64,000 bases of DNA from Candidatus Omnitrophota bacterium (GTDB taxonomy: Bacteria; Omnitrophota; Gorgyraeia; Zapsychrales; Zapsychraceae), in the NCBI GenBank assembly GCA_003528115.1, contig DOGZ01000012.1, forward strand, positions 2,095 to 66,094. The letters run 5' to 3'. A model generated the notes under the pieces. It was given only the letters and a program-made list of their open reading frames with translations. It ran no database searches and was not told the origin of the DNA. Shown here one piece after another: positions 29,647 to 40,176 of the stretch (position 1 is its first letter; each line of letters opens with the position of its first letter). Made by a program: the position numbers and the translations under genes.

Positions 29647-30633
29647 TTACGTTTCATTATAAAAAATAATCTGGCTGCCGGAATTCTCAAATTGGAACTT
29701 CACTTCCAGCATGTTCTTGAACTTCTGTCTCACCTTTTCTTGAAACTCCGGCTTGACAAAAAATATAATGAAACCGCCGCCGCCGGCGCCTAATAATTTC
29801 CCGCCGGTAGCCCCCGCCTGAAGCGCCGCTTCATAAATTTGATCAATATCGACGCTGGATATCTTCGTCGTTAAAGAACGTTTAAGCTGCCACGACTCCT
29901 CCAACAACTTTCCAAAATCCTTTAAATCATGATTGCCGGATAAAATGTTCAAGGCCGCGTCCACCATCTGATACATCTGACGCAATTCATGGGTCTTGTG
30001 AGGGGTATTTTTAATCTGCTGCAGGGCGATCTCAGAGGCAATCCTTGAAAAACCCGTAAAATAGAGCATGATGTGTTTTTCTAAATCCAACAAACGTTCC
30101 TTAGAAATGATAATGGGTTCAACAAAGAAACCCCCGTCTTTTTTGAAGCTGATCTTATTAAAACCGCCAAAGGCCGCGGCAATTTGATCTTGCGACCCGA
30201 CATGCTCCTTTAAGATGTCCCTTTCAATATGGATGGATTCTTTGGCCAATTGCGACTTTGTGATCATCGATCCTTTAAGGGCGTACAAAGAATGCAAAAG
30301 GCCCACCGTGAATGAAGAACTCGAGCCTAATCCGGTGCGCGCCGGCAAGTCCCCGTCGTGATGCAGCTCAATTCCCTTTTGGATCTTCATATAATCCAGA
30401 CAGGCCCGCACGGCCGGATGCACAATCGTGTTGTTGTCTTTGGCCAATTCGACTTTTGAATAAACAATCCTGTGTTTATACTCAAAAAACGGGGGCAAAT
30501 AACGGCAGGTCAAATAACAATATTTATCGATCGTCGTTGACAACACCGCCCCTTCATTGGCTTCATACCAAACAGGGTAATCTGTGCCTCCCCCAAAAAA
30601 AGAAATACGAAACGGTGTACGGCTGATAATCAT
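29647..30633 (-). CDS. GHMP-family sugar kinase, heptose-7-phosphate-kinase-like (HddA-like)
   Basis: N-terminus RTPFRISFFGGGTD. PARTGLGSSSS is the GHMP phosphate-binding loop. Confidence 0.7.
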   Translation of the reverse strand: MIISRTPFRISFFGGGTDYPVWYEANEGAVLSTTIDKYCYLTCRYLPPFFEYKHRIVYSKVELAKDNNTIVHPAVRACLDYMKIQKGIELHHDGDLPARTGLGSSSSFTVGLLHSLYALKGSMITKSQLAKESIHIERDILKEHVGSQDQIAAAFGGFNKISFKKDGGFFVEPIIISKERLLDLEKHIMLYFTGFSRIASEIALQQIKNTPHKTHELRQMYQMVDAALNILSGNHDLKDFGKLLEESWQLKRSLTTKISSVDIDQIYEAALQAGATGGKLLGAGGGGFIIFFVKPEFQEKVRQKFKNMLEVKFQFENSGSQIIFYNET

Positions 30634-30828
30634 ACGCTGTCCTCTTGAATGATCCTTTCCATTTCTCTATTCAAACAATCACGTCCTCAACCTTCTTGAG
30701 TAGGATAAAATCTGAGACCCAATGGAGATAATGTGAAAAAAGGCAACAGCCGCTGCGACATAATGAATCTGAATCACCCAAAAAAGAAAAACACTGACGG
30801 CAGTGAGGAAATTTTATAGAATATATCT

Positions 30829-33800
30829 TTAATGATTTGTGTTGATTAATTCCAAAGACCCCTCTATCTCCTGATTTAATTCATCCATGTTCTTGGAGCG
30901 ATCAGATATTTTCTGTTCAAGAAGCTTGTTTTTCTCCTGCCCGGCCTGAATCTGTTTCTTATAATCTTCTGTTGCCTCCTCGAGTTTACTCGTCAAGGCG
31001 TTAAGCCTCTTAATTTCATTCTCTAAAACGAATTGACTCTCTTTGATTCTTTGATCCAGAGTTTGTCGCGTTTCCTGATTCAAATTTTCCAGTTTGGCGA
31101 TTTTTTCCTGAAGAGGAATTTTTGCCGCCTCTACTTTATCCGACATGCTCAATTGCGCCCTCTTAAGCTCATCGGTCAGCGACTTCTTTTCTCCTTCTAA
31201 CTTCTCTAACCGCTGATTAAGATCGGCGCGTTCCTTATTGAGATTCTCCATCAATTGATTTCTTTCTTTTAATAATCGCTCCATGTTATTCACGCGTTCC
31301 TGCAAAACAACGAAGTCATTAGCCAGATTTATCTTAACTTGATCTGTTATTAGTAATTTATGTTGAAGATCCTTCTCGGATTTCTCAATATGGCTAATCA
31401 GTGAATCTTTGCTGTTGATCATTTCCTGCATCTGACCAACTTTTTCTTCCGCGCTCTTCAGAGAAGCCTCCAGGGGCATCTTGGCCTTAGCGACCCTCAA
31501 CCCAACGTTGGATTCCAGATCGGCCTTTTGGGTTTTCAAATCTTGAAGCTCCATTTCGATATTTTGCTTCCCTTGTGTTAAAACCTCTATCTCTTGGGCA
31601 AGTTTACCTTTCTCGCCGGCTAAACCGGCTGATTGAACGTCTTTCTGTTTAACGAGTTCTGAAGTCTCATGCAACTGTTGTTCCAATACCGTGATCTTTT
31701 CCTGCAAAGAGACTTTGACCATTTCAACTTTATTCTGCCAAACAACTTTGATACTCTTCAATTCATCAGATAATTCTGCAATACGATCATTTAAAGAAGC
31801 CCTTTCCTTTTGTGTCATGAGCAATTCATTCTTTAATCCGGTTTTCTCATCTTCCAACTGCTTAAACAATTGTTCTTTTTGATTTAAGACATTAACACGG
31901 CTCTGAACATTCTGCTCTAATTTCAACATCGCCTCTATCAGTGGCTGTTTTGCCTCGGCGATCTGAGCCGCGACAGAGCCTTTGAGGCTGCGCCAATTTC
32001 CTTGCAATATCTCGGCATTCTTTAACAAATCGAAATTTTTTGCCTGAAGATAACTGATATCTCTCTTTAAAGTGTCATTAACACCTAAAATTTCTTTGAG
32101 CTTGTTTTCGCTTTCTAAAACCAATCCTTGAATACTCTGTTTTTCTTCCTCTAATTGGGTGACACTTTGCCGCAGAGGTTCCTGAACCTCTTTTAATTCA
32201 AGCAGCCTTTGGTCCTGAAGTTCCTTCATTTGATTTTCTAAGCCGGATATCTTCTGATTTAACGGTTGTCGCGTCTCTTCAACCTTCTGATTCATCAGGG
32301 CTTCGGTGTTCTTGAGTTTGTCCGTCAATGAAACGATTGTTTTCTCAAAAGCGCTCTTCTCTGATAAAACCGCGTTATAATTTTTGCTAAGGATGTCCTT
32401 GTCCCCTTTCAGAGTTTGAATAAGAGCTTCTTGATCTTGCGCTAACTGCCGACTTTTTTGAAGTTCCCCCGCGCTCATCTGAAGTGTTTTTTCTAAAAGC
32501 TTTTGAGCTTCTGTAATTTTCTGAGTTATTGACGCGCGCAGGTTTTCCAACGCCTCTTCTTTCTCTTTCAATTGATCTTCCACGGTAACTTTTTCCCCCT
32601 TCAAGGCAACAGACACCTTGATTAAGGCCTCTCGCTCTTTCATGAGATCTTCCGCGTAAACAATTTTTTCTTTTAAGAGGCCTTCAGAGGCTCTTAATTT
32701 TTCTTCGAGAGATTTTATCACGTCTTGAAGGGGAGCCTTGGCTTCTGAAATCTTCGACGGAATTTCTGACTCGACGGCCTTTGAGCGCTCATCCAAAGCC
32801 CTAATATTACTTTGTAAAACGTCTTTTTCTTGATTAAGCGCAACGATCTGTTGGGTCAGAGTCTCTTTGTCTTTAAAAACGCCCGCCATGATCTTTTCAT
32901 TCTCACGGATAACATTTTCCTGGGTTTTGAGAGTGGCATTAAGATTTTGTATTTGATCCTTCAAAGGAGCTTGCGCCTTGGCAATCTCATCAGGAATAGA
33001 ATCCTCAACTTGCTTTGCCTTGGCTTTCCAATCTTCAAAACTTTTTGAAAGACCGGAACTGTCTTGCTGAATTGCCGCATATTGCTTTGTCAAATCCTCA
33101 TACTGTCCCTGGGCATCTCGTAACTGGTCGGCTTGATTTTTAAGAAGGGCATCTTTTTCCGCCAAAACTGTTTTCAGGGAGGCGTTCTCATTCTCCAATG
33201 AGGATTGGGCTGCCGCGATCTTAGTTGGAACGGATTTTTGGAGTTCATCCAATTGTGCCGTCCGACGCGTAATTTCTTGCTGCAAATCTTTGTTCTGATT
33301 CATGGCCTTTTCTAAATCGCCTTTTAAGGCCACATGCTTGCGGCCTAATTCTCCGACAGATTTCTCTTTTGATTTTATCGTCCCCTGGACATTGCTTAAA
33401 TTTTCCCTAAGGGTCTTGAGCTCATTCTGCAAAGGATTTTTCGCCGCCTCTATCTGTTGAGGGATATTCGATTCTGTTTGAAGCAAGGCATTCTTTAACG
33501 TTATTTTGTCATTCTCACTTTTTTTCAATTCAAGACTCAATAATTCTTTGGCTTGAATAAGTTCATTGATGGCTGTCTGTTTTGCCTGAACAAGATTTTC
33601 CGTATCTAATAACCGCTTTTCCAGAAATCGGACACTTTTCTCTAACGGCGCTTTTTTCTCGGCAATATGAACTTGGATCGACGCCTGGGTTTCCTTAAGT
33701 TTGTTCACGGAATCCGAAAGTTCAAGACTCAAATCCTCGCGTTCCTTTTGGATTTTCTCCAAATCACCGGACAATAACGCCTTGGCTTGAGACAATTCCA

Positions 33801-36800
33801 CATTCTCGGACTCCTTATTTTTTAAAGCCGCCTCTAAATTATCGCGCTGCGCTTCCAATTGAGTTATCTTGTTTTGAAGCGTCGTCTTGTTTTGATCCAT
33901 TTGTTGAGAAGCCGAGATCTCCTGCTGACGCAACGTTTCTCTAACCAATTTCAGTTCTTGCGTAAGATCGGCATTCCGGCTTGTTCTGTCGTTGAGATCC
34001 TGGCTCAATTGGACAAGGCGCTTCTGAAAATCATTGATTTGAGATTCTTTTTGGGCAATCGATTTTCCTGTCTCAGATAATCGCGCGTTTAAATCTGCGA
34101 TCTCCTTTCTCAGCGGCGATTGAATATCTTCCACCTGTTTGGCAAACGCGTCCTTTGTCTGACTCAATTGTGTCTGAATCGCCTCAAATTTACCGGCCAA
34201 AGCCCCTTGTTCCTCGTTTAAGCTCTTCAAGGCGTTATCCGCCGTCTTCTTTTCATTGGTCACCTTGGTTAATTGGCCCTGTCTGATGAGAAGATCTTCT
34301 TCAAGGGCATTAACCTTCTCCTTTAACATCTTGATGCTCTCTTCTAAAGGTTTCTTTTCTTCAAGAATGCGCTCTTGAAAAGAATTTTTCCTTTCCACGA
34401 CTTCTTCCTGCAATAAATTCTTTTCATTGAATAACTTCGTCTGCTCTTCCTGAAGGGCCTTCATATCCTTATCCAGTTTTCTCATCGCGTGATCTTTTTC
34501 AACCAGGAGTTGCGTGGACTCATTAAATTTAGCTTCTAACGATTGCAATTGTTTCTTCAGCGTGTTTTCAGCGTCGGCAACTTTTTGAGGCAATAACTCC
34601 TCCGCAATTTTTATTTTTTGCTTTAACCCGGTCATCTCCGTTTCCAGGCCGGCCTTTTGATTTTGTAAATTAACTAAGGACGCATTAAGGGTGCCCTGTT
34701 GGCTGTTAAGATTATTGATAAAGGCCTCCCTCTCATGCATCAGACCTTCCGTCTCATTTAATTTTTCGACCAAAGCGGAATTTTCTTTCTCCAAAGGCAG
34801 TCTTACGGCATTAATCTTATTCTTGACAGAGGCCTCTAATTCTTGCAAGTGACCTTCTAAATCCTTAATCTTATTTTCCAAAGGCGCTTTAACCTGAAGC
34901 AATTTTTCCTGCACAGCCGATTCAGAGGCCTGAATTTTACTCTTATAAATCTCGAGTTCAGCCGCCAAGGATTCTTTCTCCTGTCCGTTTTGGCTGAGTT
35001 CCCGTGCAATATCATCTTTTTCTCCGGAAAGCCGCTTGAATTGAACATCCTTTTCTTTGATACTACTTTCCAGTAATTGCAAATTCTTTTCTAACTCAAC
35101 GACCTTCTGCGCCAGTTGGGTCCTTGCCTTTTCGACCATGCCTGGAATTTCTCCTTGAGTTTCTTTCAATTTCAGGGTTGCCTGATCTAAGGCCAGACTC
35201 AGCCGATTCTTTACCTCCTCACTTTGACTAAGCTGTTGCGCCAGGCTTTCCTTCGTCGTCGATAACTGTTTTAAACTTGTCTCTTTTTCCTTAATCCCGT
35301 TCCCCAGCTCTTCAAGCTGTTTCTTTAATCCCGCGATCTCTTCGGCCAGCGGGCCCTTCGCCTTCTCGATCATCTCGGGTACAGACCCTTCAGTCTCTTT
35401 TAACTTCGCGGTTAATTGATCGAGTTCAACACTCAATCGTTGCTTTTCTTCTTCACTTTGCCCAAGCGTTTTGACGATCCCAGCCTTCTCTTGCGTCAAT
35501 TGATTTAAACTCGTCTCTTTCTCCTTTATCCCGTTCCCCAGCTCTTCAAGCTGTTTCTTTAATCCCGCGATCTCTTCGGCCAACGGGCCCTTCGCCTTCT
35601 CGATCATCCCAGGCACCGACCCCTGCGTCTCTTTTAACTTTGCGGTTAATTGATCGAGTTGCGCGCTCAGACGTTGCTTTTCTTCTTCGCTTTGCCCAAG
35701 CGTTTTGACGATCTCGGCCTTCTCTTGCGTCAATTGATTTAAACTCGTCTCTTTCTCCTTAATCCCGTTCCCCAGCTCTTCAAGCTGTTTCTTTAATCCC
35801 GCGAGCTCTTCAACCAACGGGCCCTTTGCCTTCTCGATCATCCCAGGCACCGACCCCTGCGTCTCTTTTAACTTTGCGGTTGATTGATCGAGTTCAACAC
35901 GCAACTGTTTTTTTTCTTCCTCGCTCCGGTTAAGTTGTTTTACTATGTCCGTTTTTTCTTTCTCTAATACGCTCAATATTCCTTCTTTTTGCTTTATGTC
36001 TTCCTGTAAACTTTTAAGAGTTGCCTGTAAAACATTGACCTGCTCGTTCCAAGAAGATTGAGACTTTGCCAATTCATCCGCTGATTCAGCCTCACTCATT
36101 TTCAACTTTTCTTTTAAAAAAATAATCTCTTGTTTCAAAGACTCTTGTTGGCTCCTCCCCTCATCGAGTTGAGTGAGGACATCAGCATGTTCTTTAGTCA
36201 ATTTGGCTAAATTAGCCGAATACAATTGAACGTCGTTTTCCGAAACCTTTAACTTTTCCGAAAAGGCCTGAATTTTATTTTCCAGAGGGAGCTTCGCATC
36301 AGCCGATTTCTTTACAAACTCTTCCTCTTTAATCCTCAACGTCTCGCGTAGCCCGGCAATTTCCTGGTTGAGGGAAAGCCGCTGTTTTTCGCTTTGTTGA
36401 AATTGAAGCCTAACTGAATCTCTTTCTTGGGCCAGTTGATCCAGGCTGGAATTTCTACCGGCAATTTCGACATCAGTCTTTTTTAATTTGTTTTCCAAAT
36501 CCCTTAATTTTTCCTCCAACCCCTTCGTGAGCTGATCGATTTTATCCGCGGCCCCTGACTTCTCAATGCCCAATTCCTTCTGTAAAGAGGCGATCTGTTC
36601 AATGAACAATTTCTTTTCATATTCCAAATTACCCAACTGTTTTCTTAAACCTGCTTTTTCTTGATTAATCTTTTCTAACTCCTCGCTCTTCTGTTTCAGC
36701 TCTGTTTGAACGGCCTCCACCTTTTCTTCCAAACTTTTAAGACGTTCCGTCAAAGGAGCTCTTTCCTTAGCCAGACGCTCCGGCATCTCGGCCTCAATGC

Positions 36801-39800
36801 CCTTTAACCGTTCCGCTAGACTGATGAGTTCTTTATTTATGACTTCCCGATTTTGTTCACTTTGTTTTAACTGACCCGCAAGGGACTGCTTATCTTGATT
36901 GAGGGTGTTTAACTCATCCGCCTTGGCCAAAACTGTTTGTCCGGCGGTATTTAATTGCTCACGCAGATGCTTAATTTCATCCTCCAGAGACGTCTTCGCC
37001 TGGGCTAGTTGGACAGTAAAATTTTCTTCATTAGTTTTCACTTTTGCTTTCGCGCCCGCCAACTCTTTAGAAATAGTTTCTTTCTCCTGCTTTGCTTGAT
37101 CGATTTGTTTAAGAATCCCCTCGTTTTGTTTTAATAATTTGTTTAACCCATCCTCTTTTTCCTGGACATGACCTTCGGCCGCTTTTAATTGTTCTTCCAT
37201 TGATTGAATCTTGGTCTCTAATAAGATCTTGGTGGTCGCCAGTTGATCCGACCATTGCTTTTCTTTTAGGCCGGCGTCATTCTTTAGACTGTCCATTTCA
37301 GCGCGGAGCGTTTTCTTTTCCTCTTCGCGTTGAGCCAATTGAAAGCTGATATCATTCTTTTCCTTATTCAAATTGTCTAAAACGGTCTTCTGGTCTTTAA
37401 CCGCGGAGTCTGTTGCCGCCATTTTTTTTTCCAATACAACTATTTGTTCCTTCAGGGTCGCCTTCACCTTTGAAACCTTGTCAAAGCCCTCTGATTCCAT
37501 CGTCCTCAATTTCTCTTTTAGAACCGAAACCTCTTGCTTCAAGAATTCTTTTTCTTTACTCGATTGCGTAAGTTTTTCTGCCAAGAAAATCTTCTCTTGC
37601 TCCATCTGCCATGTGGCCGACTTCATTTTCTCAATATCTTTGTCTTTTAGAACCAATTGATCATTCAATTGCTTGATGCTGGCTTCTAAAGGCGATTGAA
37701 CTTCCTGGATCTTTTGAGAAAATGTCTTTTCTGACTCATCGGCTTGCTTTTTTAAAAGGTCGAATTCTTTGCTTAACGTCTCTTGCTGAGCCTTTAAATC
37801 ATTTAATTCAACTTCAATAAAACCCTTTTCGCTGCTCAACTTTATGGCCAAATCATTTTTCTGTTTGATCTCAGTCTCTTTTTGCTGAAGGCCGGCTTGC
37901 AGATCGCCTATCTTATGTTCCATGGAAGCCTGAAGCGTTTTCATATCTTCCTTGTACGTCTTCTGCGCCTCATCGAATTGAACTCTTAAAACACCGATCT
38001 CTTTTTCTAAAGGAGCTCTGGCTTTGTCGATCCTTTCGGCCGCTTCCCTTTCGGTTGCCTGAAGTTGTTCAACCAGAGAAACAATGCGTTTTTCCAAATC
38101 GGATTTTTCAGACTGCGCATTTTTGAGCCGCTTATCGGTTTCCTCTTTCTTGACGGTAACATCTTTGATCGCGGCAGCTCTTTCATTAACCACACGCTCT
38201 TTCTCAAGAAGCTGACTTTCCAATAACTTTATTTTAGTTTCCAAAGGCGCCCTGCCGCCTTGAACTTTTTCATTAACACCCTTTTCGGCAGCGAGGATCT
38301 TATTTTGTAACACCTCTATCTGAACCTGGAATGGTTTTCCCGCATCTACAATTTCTTGAGATACCCGGGACTCATTTTTAGATAGTTCTTCTTTTGTAAC
38401 GGCAACTTGCAGCTCCAACGCTTCTTTATCTTTGACAATTTTATTTAAATCCCCTCTTAGCATTTCTTGCTCATTCTGGAGTTGATCAATAAGAAAATCC
38501 TTTTCTTTGATCTGTGTCGCCGTTGCCTGAACTTCTGTCCGCAGATCTTCCACCTTCTTCAATAACGGGGCCTTCTGCAACTCGACCTCGGCCTCATATT
38601 TCTTTTTGGCTTCTTGAATCGTTTGTTCTAACGTGAGAATTTTATTCTCCAGCGGTGACTTGGCCGCGGCTATTTTCTGAGTCAATGAATCTTCAACGTT
38701 TTTCAATTTCTGGTTTAATTGGGATAAATCATCGTTCAATTGCCCCTGCTTCCGAGTACTGGCCAAAAGATCATGATCCAGCTTGGTTTTTTCATGAGCC
38801 AAAGACACGATTTGATTTTCCTTGTCCTGGATAATGTCTTCCATGTCCCTCAACTTCTTCTTTAAATCATCCATCTCACCTTTTAATGCCGACACCTTCA
38901 AAACAACATTCTGCTGATAGGAGTTCTCCGCGGACGACAATTTCTCTTCAAGTGTTTTTATTTTTTCCTTCAAAGGGGCTTGAACCTCAACGATTTTCTT
39001 TTCATGCAGGGATTCCGCTTCTTTAAGCTTGTTTTTAAGGCCTTCCAACTGTTCGGCCAGTTGTTGGCTTTCCTTTTTAGAAAGCGAGAGCTCTCCCGAC
39101 AAAGAATCTTTTTCGCGTTTCAAATCCGTAGCGGCTGACTTTTGGGCCTGAACAACCTCCTGCATACTTTTAATTTTTTCTTCAAGGTCATGAACGCCCC
39201 GCTTATAATCCGCATTCTTTTCCTCAAGTTTTACTCGCGTCACTTCATCGCTTTTCCGTAATTTATCTTCCAAGTCTTTGATTTTTACCTCAAGTGGCGC
39301 CTTACTTTCTTTCACCAATTCATCTAGGGATTGCTTAGTCCCCTGGACTTTTTCCTTAATAGAGAGAAGCTCGCCTTCCAACTGTTCTTTTTTAGACAAA
39401 GCCTCGGCCAAATCCCGATGAACAGTTTGAAACTTTAAACTCAACTTTCTAAACTCATTTTCCTTCTCAATAATGAGGTCTTCGGAAAACTGCAACTTTT
39501 TCTCCAGGGAAAATATCTCATTCTTCAGAGGGATTTTCGCTTCTTCCATTTTATGAAAAAGTTCTGTTTGAGAAGCCTTGACTCTTTCATCCACACGGAC
39601 TTCCATTTGATCTAATTCTTTTTTCAATGATTCAATCTTTTGCTCTAAAGGAACTCTGGCCTCATGTAATTGAAATTGGAGACTTAATTCATTATCTTTG
39701 AGCCTGTCCCGAAATATCTTTAAATCATTCTGTAAAGAAATCTTTCCCTGCCGAATCGTCATCACTTGGTTGATGAGAGATTTCTTCTGAAGGGTCAATT

Positions 39801-40176
39801 CCTTAATCTTGGCCTCGTTTTCAAAGGAATACACATCCGTATGCTGCAGTTTCCACTGAAGAGACATGATCTCTTTTTCAAGAGACTCCTTTTTCTTAAT
39901 CATCTTATTAACCTCTTGGCGTAAATAATCCTTCTCGCTGATGAGATTCTCAATTTCAATCTCTTTGCTCTTCAGGATGCCTCCAAGATCTTCAAGAGAA
40001 TCTTCCGTTGAGGCCACTTGGGCGATAAGAATATCCTGCGGTTCCTGCCGTCTTCCATCGCGGAATTGCCCGTTCCCAGTATCGACAGCCCCCCAACTCC
40101 TCCCTGGGGAGAACGGAAAAGATAATAAAAAAATAAAACCTAAACTGACATAAAATAAACGTTGACTATTTTTCAT
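30829..40176 (-). CDS. Giant (3115 aa) secreted coiled-coil repeat protein of unknown function
   Basis: Signal peptide MKNSQRLFYVSLGFIFLLSFPFSPGRSWGA. The remainder is Glu/Lys/Leu/Gln-rich heptad coiled coil, broken roughly every 75–110 aa by a motif such as AKAPLEvKIkdLEdKL. About 35 such modules are present. No enzymatic or anchoring motif was seen. Confidence 0.85.
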   Translation of the reverse strand: MKNSQRLFYVSLGFIFLLSFPFSPGRSWGAVDTGNGQFRDGRRQEPQDILIAQVASTEDSLEDLGGILKSKEIEIENLISEKDYLRQEVNKMIKKKESLEKEIMSLQWKLQHTDVYSFENEAKIKELTLQKKSLINQVMTIRQGKISLQNDLKIFRDRLKDNELSLQFQLHEARVPLEQKIESLKKELDQMEVRVDERVKASQTELFHKMEEAKIPLKNEIFSLEKKLQFSEDLIIEKENEFRKLSLKFQTVHRDLAEALSKKEQLEGELLSIKEKVQGTKQSLDELVKESKAPLEVKIKDLEDKLRKSDEVTRVKLEEKNADYKRGVHDLEEKIKSMQEVVQAQKSAATDLKREKDSLSGELSLSKKESQQLAEQLEGLKNKLKEAESLHEKKIVEVQAPLKEKIKTLEEKLSSAENSYQQNVVLKVSALKGEMDDLKKKLRDMEDIIQDKENQIVSLAHEKTKLDHDLLASTRKQGQLNDDLSQLNQKLKNVEDSLTQKIAAAKSPLENKILTLEQTIQEAKKKYEAEVELQKAPLLKKVEDLRTEVQATATQIKEKDFLIDQLQNEQEMLRGDLNKIVKDKEALELQVAVTKEELSKNESRVSQEIVDAGKPFQVQIEVLQNKILAAEKGVNEKVQGGRAPLETKIKLLESQLLEKERVVNERAAAIKDVTVKKEETDKRLKNAQSEKSDLEKRIVSLVEQLQATEREAAERIDKARAPLEKEIGVLRVQFDEAQKTYKEDMKTLQASMEHKIGDLQAGLQQKETEIKQKNDLAIKLSSEKGFIEVELNDLKAQQETLSKEFDLLKKQADESEKTFSQKIQEVQSPLEASIKQLNDQLVLKDKDIEKMKSATWQMEQEKIFLAEKLTQSSKEKEFLKQEVSVLKEKLRTMESEGFDKVSKVKATLKEQIVVLEKKMAATDSAVKDQKTVLDNLNKEKNDISFQLAQREEEKKTLRAEMDSLKNDAGLKEKQWSDQLATTKILLETKIQSMEEQLKAAEGHVQEKEDGLNKLLKQNEGILKQIDQAKQEKETISKELAGAKAKVKTNEENFTVQLAQAKTSLEDEIKHLREQLNTAGQTVLAKADELNTLNQDKQSLAGQLKQSEQNREVINKELISLAERLKGIEAEMPERLAKERAPLTERLKSLEEKVEAVQTELKQKSEELEKINQEKAGLRKQLGNLEYEKKLFIEQIASLQKELGIEKSGAADKIDQLTKGLEEKLRDLENKLKKTDVEIAGRNSSLDQLAQERDSVRLQFQQSEKQRLSLNQEIAGLRETLRIKEEEFVKKSADAKLPLENKIQAFSEKLKVSENDVQLYSANLAKLTKEHADVLTQLDEGRSQQESLKQEIIFLKEKLKMSEAESADELAKSQSSWNEQVNVLQATLKSLQEDIKQKEGILSVLEKEKTDIVKQLNRSEEEKKQLRVELDQSTAKLKETQGSVPGMIEKAKGPLVEELAGLKKQLEELGNGIKEKETSLNQLTQEKAEIVKTLGQSEEEKQRLSAQLDQLTAKLKETQGSVPGMIEKAKGPLAEEIAGLKKQLEELGNGIKEKETSLNQLTQEKAGIVKTLGQSEEEKQRLSVELDQLTAKLKETEGSVPEMIEKAKGPLAEEIAGLKKQLEELGNGIKEKETSLKQLSTTKESLAQQLSQSEEVKNRLSLALDQATLKLKETQGEIPGMVEKARTQLAQKVVELEKNLQLLESSIKEKDVQFKRLSGEKDDIARELSQNGQEKESLAAELEIYKSKIQASESAVQEKLLQVKAPLENKIKDLEGHLQELEASVKNKINAVRLPLEKENSALVEKLNETEGLMHEREAFINNLNSQQGTLNASLVNLQNQKAGLETEMTGLKQKIKIAEELLPQKVADAENTLKKQLQSLEAKFNESTQLLVEKDHAMRKLDKDMKALQEEQTKLFNEKNLLQEEVVERKNSFQERILEEKKPLEESIKMLKEKVNALEEDLLIRQGQLTKVTNEKKTADNALKSLNEEQGALAGKFEAIQTQLSQTKDAFAKQVEDIQSPLRKEIADLNARLSETGKSIAQKESQINDFQKRLVQLSQDLNDRTSRNADLTQELKLVRETLRQQEISASQQMDQNKTTLQNKITQLEAQRDNLEAALKNKESENVELSQAKALLSGDLEKIQKEREDLSLELSDSVNKLKETQASIQVHIAEKKAPLEKSVRFLEKRLLDTENLVQAKQTAINELIQAKELLSLELKKSENDKITLKNALLQTESNIPQQIEAAKNPLQNELKTLRENLSNVQGTIKSKEKSVGELGRKHVALKGDLEKAMNQNKDLQQEITRRTAQLDELQKSVPTKIAAAQSSLENENASLKTVLAEKDALLKNQADQLRDAQGQYEDLTKQYAAIQQDSSGLSKSFEDWKAKAKQVEDSIPDEIAKAQAPLKDQIQNLNATLKTQENVIRENEKIMAGVFKDKETLTQQIVALNQEKDVLQSNIRALDERSKAVESEIPSKISEAKAPLQDVIKSLEEKLRASEGLLKEKIVYAEDLMKEREALIKVSVALKGEKVTVEDQLKEKEEALENLRASITQKITEAQKLLEKTLQMSAGELQKSRQLAQDQEALIQTLKGDKDILSKNYNAVLSEKSAFEKTIVSLTDKLKNTEALMNQKVEETRQPLNQKISGLENQMKELQDQRLLELKEVQEPLRQSVTQLEEEKQSIQGLVLESENKLKEILGVNDTLKRDISYLQAKNFDLLKNAEILQGNWRSLKGSVAAQIAEAKQPLIEAMLKLEQNVQSRVNVLNQKEQLFKQLEDEKTGLKNELLMTQKERASLNDRIAELSDELKSIKVVWQNKVEMVKVSLQEKITVLEQQLHETSELVKQKDVQSAGLAGEKGKLAQEIEVLTQGKQNIEMELQDLKTQKADLESNVGLRVAKAKMPLEASLKSAEEKVGQMQEMINSKDSLISHIEKSEKDLQHKLLITDQVKINLANDFVVLQERVNNMERLLKERNQLMENLNKERADLNQRLEKLEGEKKSLTDELKRAQLSMSDKVEAAKIPLQEKIAKLENLNQETRQTLDQRIKESQFVLENEIKRLNALTSKLEEATEDYKKQIQAGQEKNKLLEQKISDRSKNMDELNQEIEGSLELINTNH
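35283..35985. repeat. Three near-identical 234-bp tandem repeats inside the giant gene (78-aa modules)
   Basis: The units begin at about 35293, 35527 and 35761. Only a handful of substitutions separate them. Each encodes GSVPGMIEKAKGPLxEExAGLKKQLEELGNGIKEKETSLNQLTQEKAxIVKTLGQSEEEKQRLSxxLDQLTAKLKETQ. Confidence 0.85.

Noticed and set aside
35283-35985. Possible CRISPR array (regular near-identical repeats)
   Set aside because: The repeats are 234 bp, contiguous with no spacers, and lie in frame within a protein-coding gene. No cas genes are present.
31691-40153. Several 60–95-aa plus-strand ORFs inside the giant gene
   Set aside because: They are antisense to a 9.3 kb highly repetitive coding region. 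They give Ser/Phe/Leu-rich low-complexity products that are expected by chance in AT-rich repetitive antisense sequence.
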